Source: Planctomycetota bacterium (GTDB taxonomy: Bacteria; Planctomycetota; JAJSAM01; JAJVHW01). From it: a stretch of 64,000 bases of DNA. The stretch is from the NCBI GenBank assembly GCA_965248445.1, contig CBDFJG010000002.1:480001-544000 (forward strand), written 5' to 3'. The notes below the pieces were generated by a model. It did not search any database and was not told where the DNA came from. It saw nothing but the letters and a program-made list of their open reading frames with translations. Position numbers and translations under genes: made by a program. Each line of letters begins with the position of its first letter. Positions within the stretch are counted from its first letter, which is position 1. Shown piece after piece: positions 62,421 through 64,000 of the stretch.

Positions 62421-63974
62421 CTACGGAAGCATCGCGCGGGTGACGGAGAGGACCCCCAGCGCGGTCGCGAGGTCGTCGCCGACGCTGCTGCTGGCGCTGC
62501 CGGCAAAGCGGCCCTGGGCGTCCTGGCGGGCCAGGAGGGCGCGCATCTGGGGGACCACGTCGCGATCGTGGCGGAGCAGAGCCGTCATGCCGTTCCAGTC
62601 GAGGACCGGGTCGCTGTCCCCCGTCGAGCGCGACATGGCCGCGGCCACCGCATCGAGTCCGGCTTCGACGTCGTCGCCGAGCCGGAGCTCCGGGGCGAAC
62701 GCGAGAGCGCTCGCGGTGGTCGTGACATCGTCGCGCAGCAGTCCGTCGGCTCCGCGCAGCGTCGCCACGAAGTCGGCGACGCGGGCAAGCGTCGCGTCCG
62801 TGCGCAGGACACCCGCCATGCGTAGGTCGGCGAGGGCCGCCGCGGCGTAGAGCGTCGCGGAACCGTCCGGCCTCTCTGTCGGCGCGCCGCTCACAGAGAA
62901 CCCGCCGCTCGCGGTCTGTATCGCGGTCAGACGTTCGCCGGCGGTCCGCAACAGGTCGCGGCGCGCCGCCCGATCCGCGGGCGCAAGGTGGCGGAAGTCG
63001 AGTGCCCACTGCCACGTGAGCGCGCGCAGCGCGAGCGCTTGCGTGGGGACGGTCGCCGGATCGTCCTCCGTCACGTCGTCGCGGAGTAGCCGTTCCAGGT
63101 GAGGCACGGCGCGGGACAGCGCCCCCGCATCGTCGCCGGACCGCGCACCGTGGCCGGACTGCACGAACGCGAGCACGACTGCGCCGGTGACCGCGTCGCG
63201 CGACGCGCCTTCGCCCCAACGGCCGTCGTCACCCTGCCGGGTGCGCAGCCATCCGAGCCCGTTCTCCACGCTCTGCGCGGCGGCGTCGGCGAGATCGTCC
63301 AGCCGGTCACGAAGGCGATCCACGGCGACGTCGCGATCGAGGAGCAAGCGGAACGTCATGCGACTGTTCAGGTAGACCACGTCCGTTCCGGCGGTCTCCG
63401 CAGTTGGACGAAGAATGGGCGGCAGTCCGACACCGTTCTCGACGTCGGCCTCGACGAACGGCCGGTCCAGTTCACTCACGCGCTCGTCGGGAAGGACGAT
63501 CTCGCTGTCGTCGAGCGGCTTCGGCTCGACCAGTTCGGGCAGCGTGCGCGCGAGCTCGTGCGTGATGCGCACACGGCGGATCGGACCGTCGGGTGAGATC
63601 ACCAACCACGCGACGACGGCGGCCGCCGCGGCGTGGACAGCGATCGATCCGAGGGCCGTGCGGCGGAAGCCGCTCGACGTGCGGTAGCGGTGGACCGTGG
63701 CGTCGAACGCCCGGCGCCACGCCGGGTGCGGCACGATGCGGGCGCCGCGGAGGGCGTCGGCGAGCGCGACGTTCAGCGACTCCGTCTCTTCGGCGGTCGG
63801 CTCGAGCGAAGTCTCCGCGCGGACGACTCCGAGCACGCGTTCGAGGAGCGCGTACTCGCGGGCGACGGTGTCGTCGGTGGCGATGGCGGATGCGACCTGC
63901 GCCGCCCGCTCGGCAGGCAGTTCGCCGTGCAGGTACGCCACGAGGTCTGCGGAGAGCTCAGGAGAGATGCTCAC
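62421..63974 (-). CDS. Putative anti-sigma factor: ASD-like N-terminus, TM helix, extracytoplasmic prenyltransferase/squalene-cyclase-like alpha/alpha repeat domain
   Basis: LVAYLHGELP N-terminus; TM SIAVHAAAAAVVAWL; QW-like repeats WLRTRQGDDGRW, IQTASGGF, RQDAQGRF. Confidence 0.7.
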   Translation of the reverse strand: MSISPELSADLVAYLHGELPAERAAQVASAIATDDTVAREYALLERVLGVVRAETSLEPTAEETESLNVALADALRGARIVPHPAWRRAFDATVHRYRTSSGFRRTALGSIAVHAAAAAVVAWLVISPDGPIRRVRITHELARTLPELVEPKPLDDSEIVLPDERVSELDRPFVEADVENGVGLPPILRPTAETAGTDVVYLNSRMTFRLLLDRDVAVDRLRDRLDDLADAAAQSVENGLGWLRTRQGDDGRWGEGASRDAVTGAVVLAFVQSGHGARSGDDAGALSRAVPHLERLLRDDVTEDDPATVPTQALALRALTWQWALDFRHLAPADRAARRDLLRTAGERLTAIQTASGGFSVSGAPTERPDGSATLYAAAALADLRMAGVLRTDATLARVADFVATLRGADGLLRDDVTTTASALAFAPELRLGDDVEAGLDAVAAAMSRSTGDSDPVLDWNGMTALLRHDRDVVPQMRALLARQDAQGRFAGSASSSVGDDLATALGVLSVTRAMLP

Positions 63975-64000
63975 GGGCGTCCTCCTCGAGCGCTTTGCGC
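63958..64000 (-). CDS. 3' end of the upstream gene (possibly an ECF sigma factor)
   Basis: ...RKALEEDAREHLS* overlaps the anti-sigma start; identity inferred from context only. Confidence 0.35.
   Translation of the reverse strand, partial: RKALEEDAREHLS

Overview
High-GC bacterial chromosomal window. The gene content (DUF1570-like, FG-GAP, HEAT and C25 proteins, an anti-sigma factor with an alpha/alpha-toroid domain, Ni-SOD, a Ser/Thr kinase remnant) suggests Planctomycetota, but this is inference. Housekeeping genes: ald, tRNA-Val(GAC), dxr-rseP, tyrS, lpxH/cmk-plsC-rpsA, sodN-sodX, gcvT-gcvH and gcvP, M1 aminopeptidase, MtaD-like deaminase. Mobile elements: one IS66 with an 8-bp target duplication and one IS1380. 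Three uncharacterised multi-gene modules stand out. (1) A partner-switching and two-component operon: STAS - sigma54 activator - 39-aa micro-ORF - RsbW-like - GAF/PP2C - receiver - histidine kinase; its activator is frameshifted by an 8-bp tandem duplication. (2) A translationally coupled operon: fused ABC exporter - PDZ lipoprotein - two FG-GAP proteins. (3) A HEAT - TolC - HEAT operon downstream of the anti-sigma factor. Other oddities: an in-frame LpxH-Cmk fusion with an apparent CTG start, three sigma54-type promoters in front of small unknown genes, a TyrRS with TLGN in place of HIGH, a degenerate Lgt, gcvP convergent on gcvTH, and several apparently leaderless genes. All calls come from reading motifs by eye; no database searches were run.
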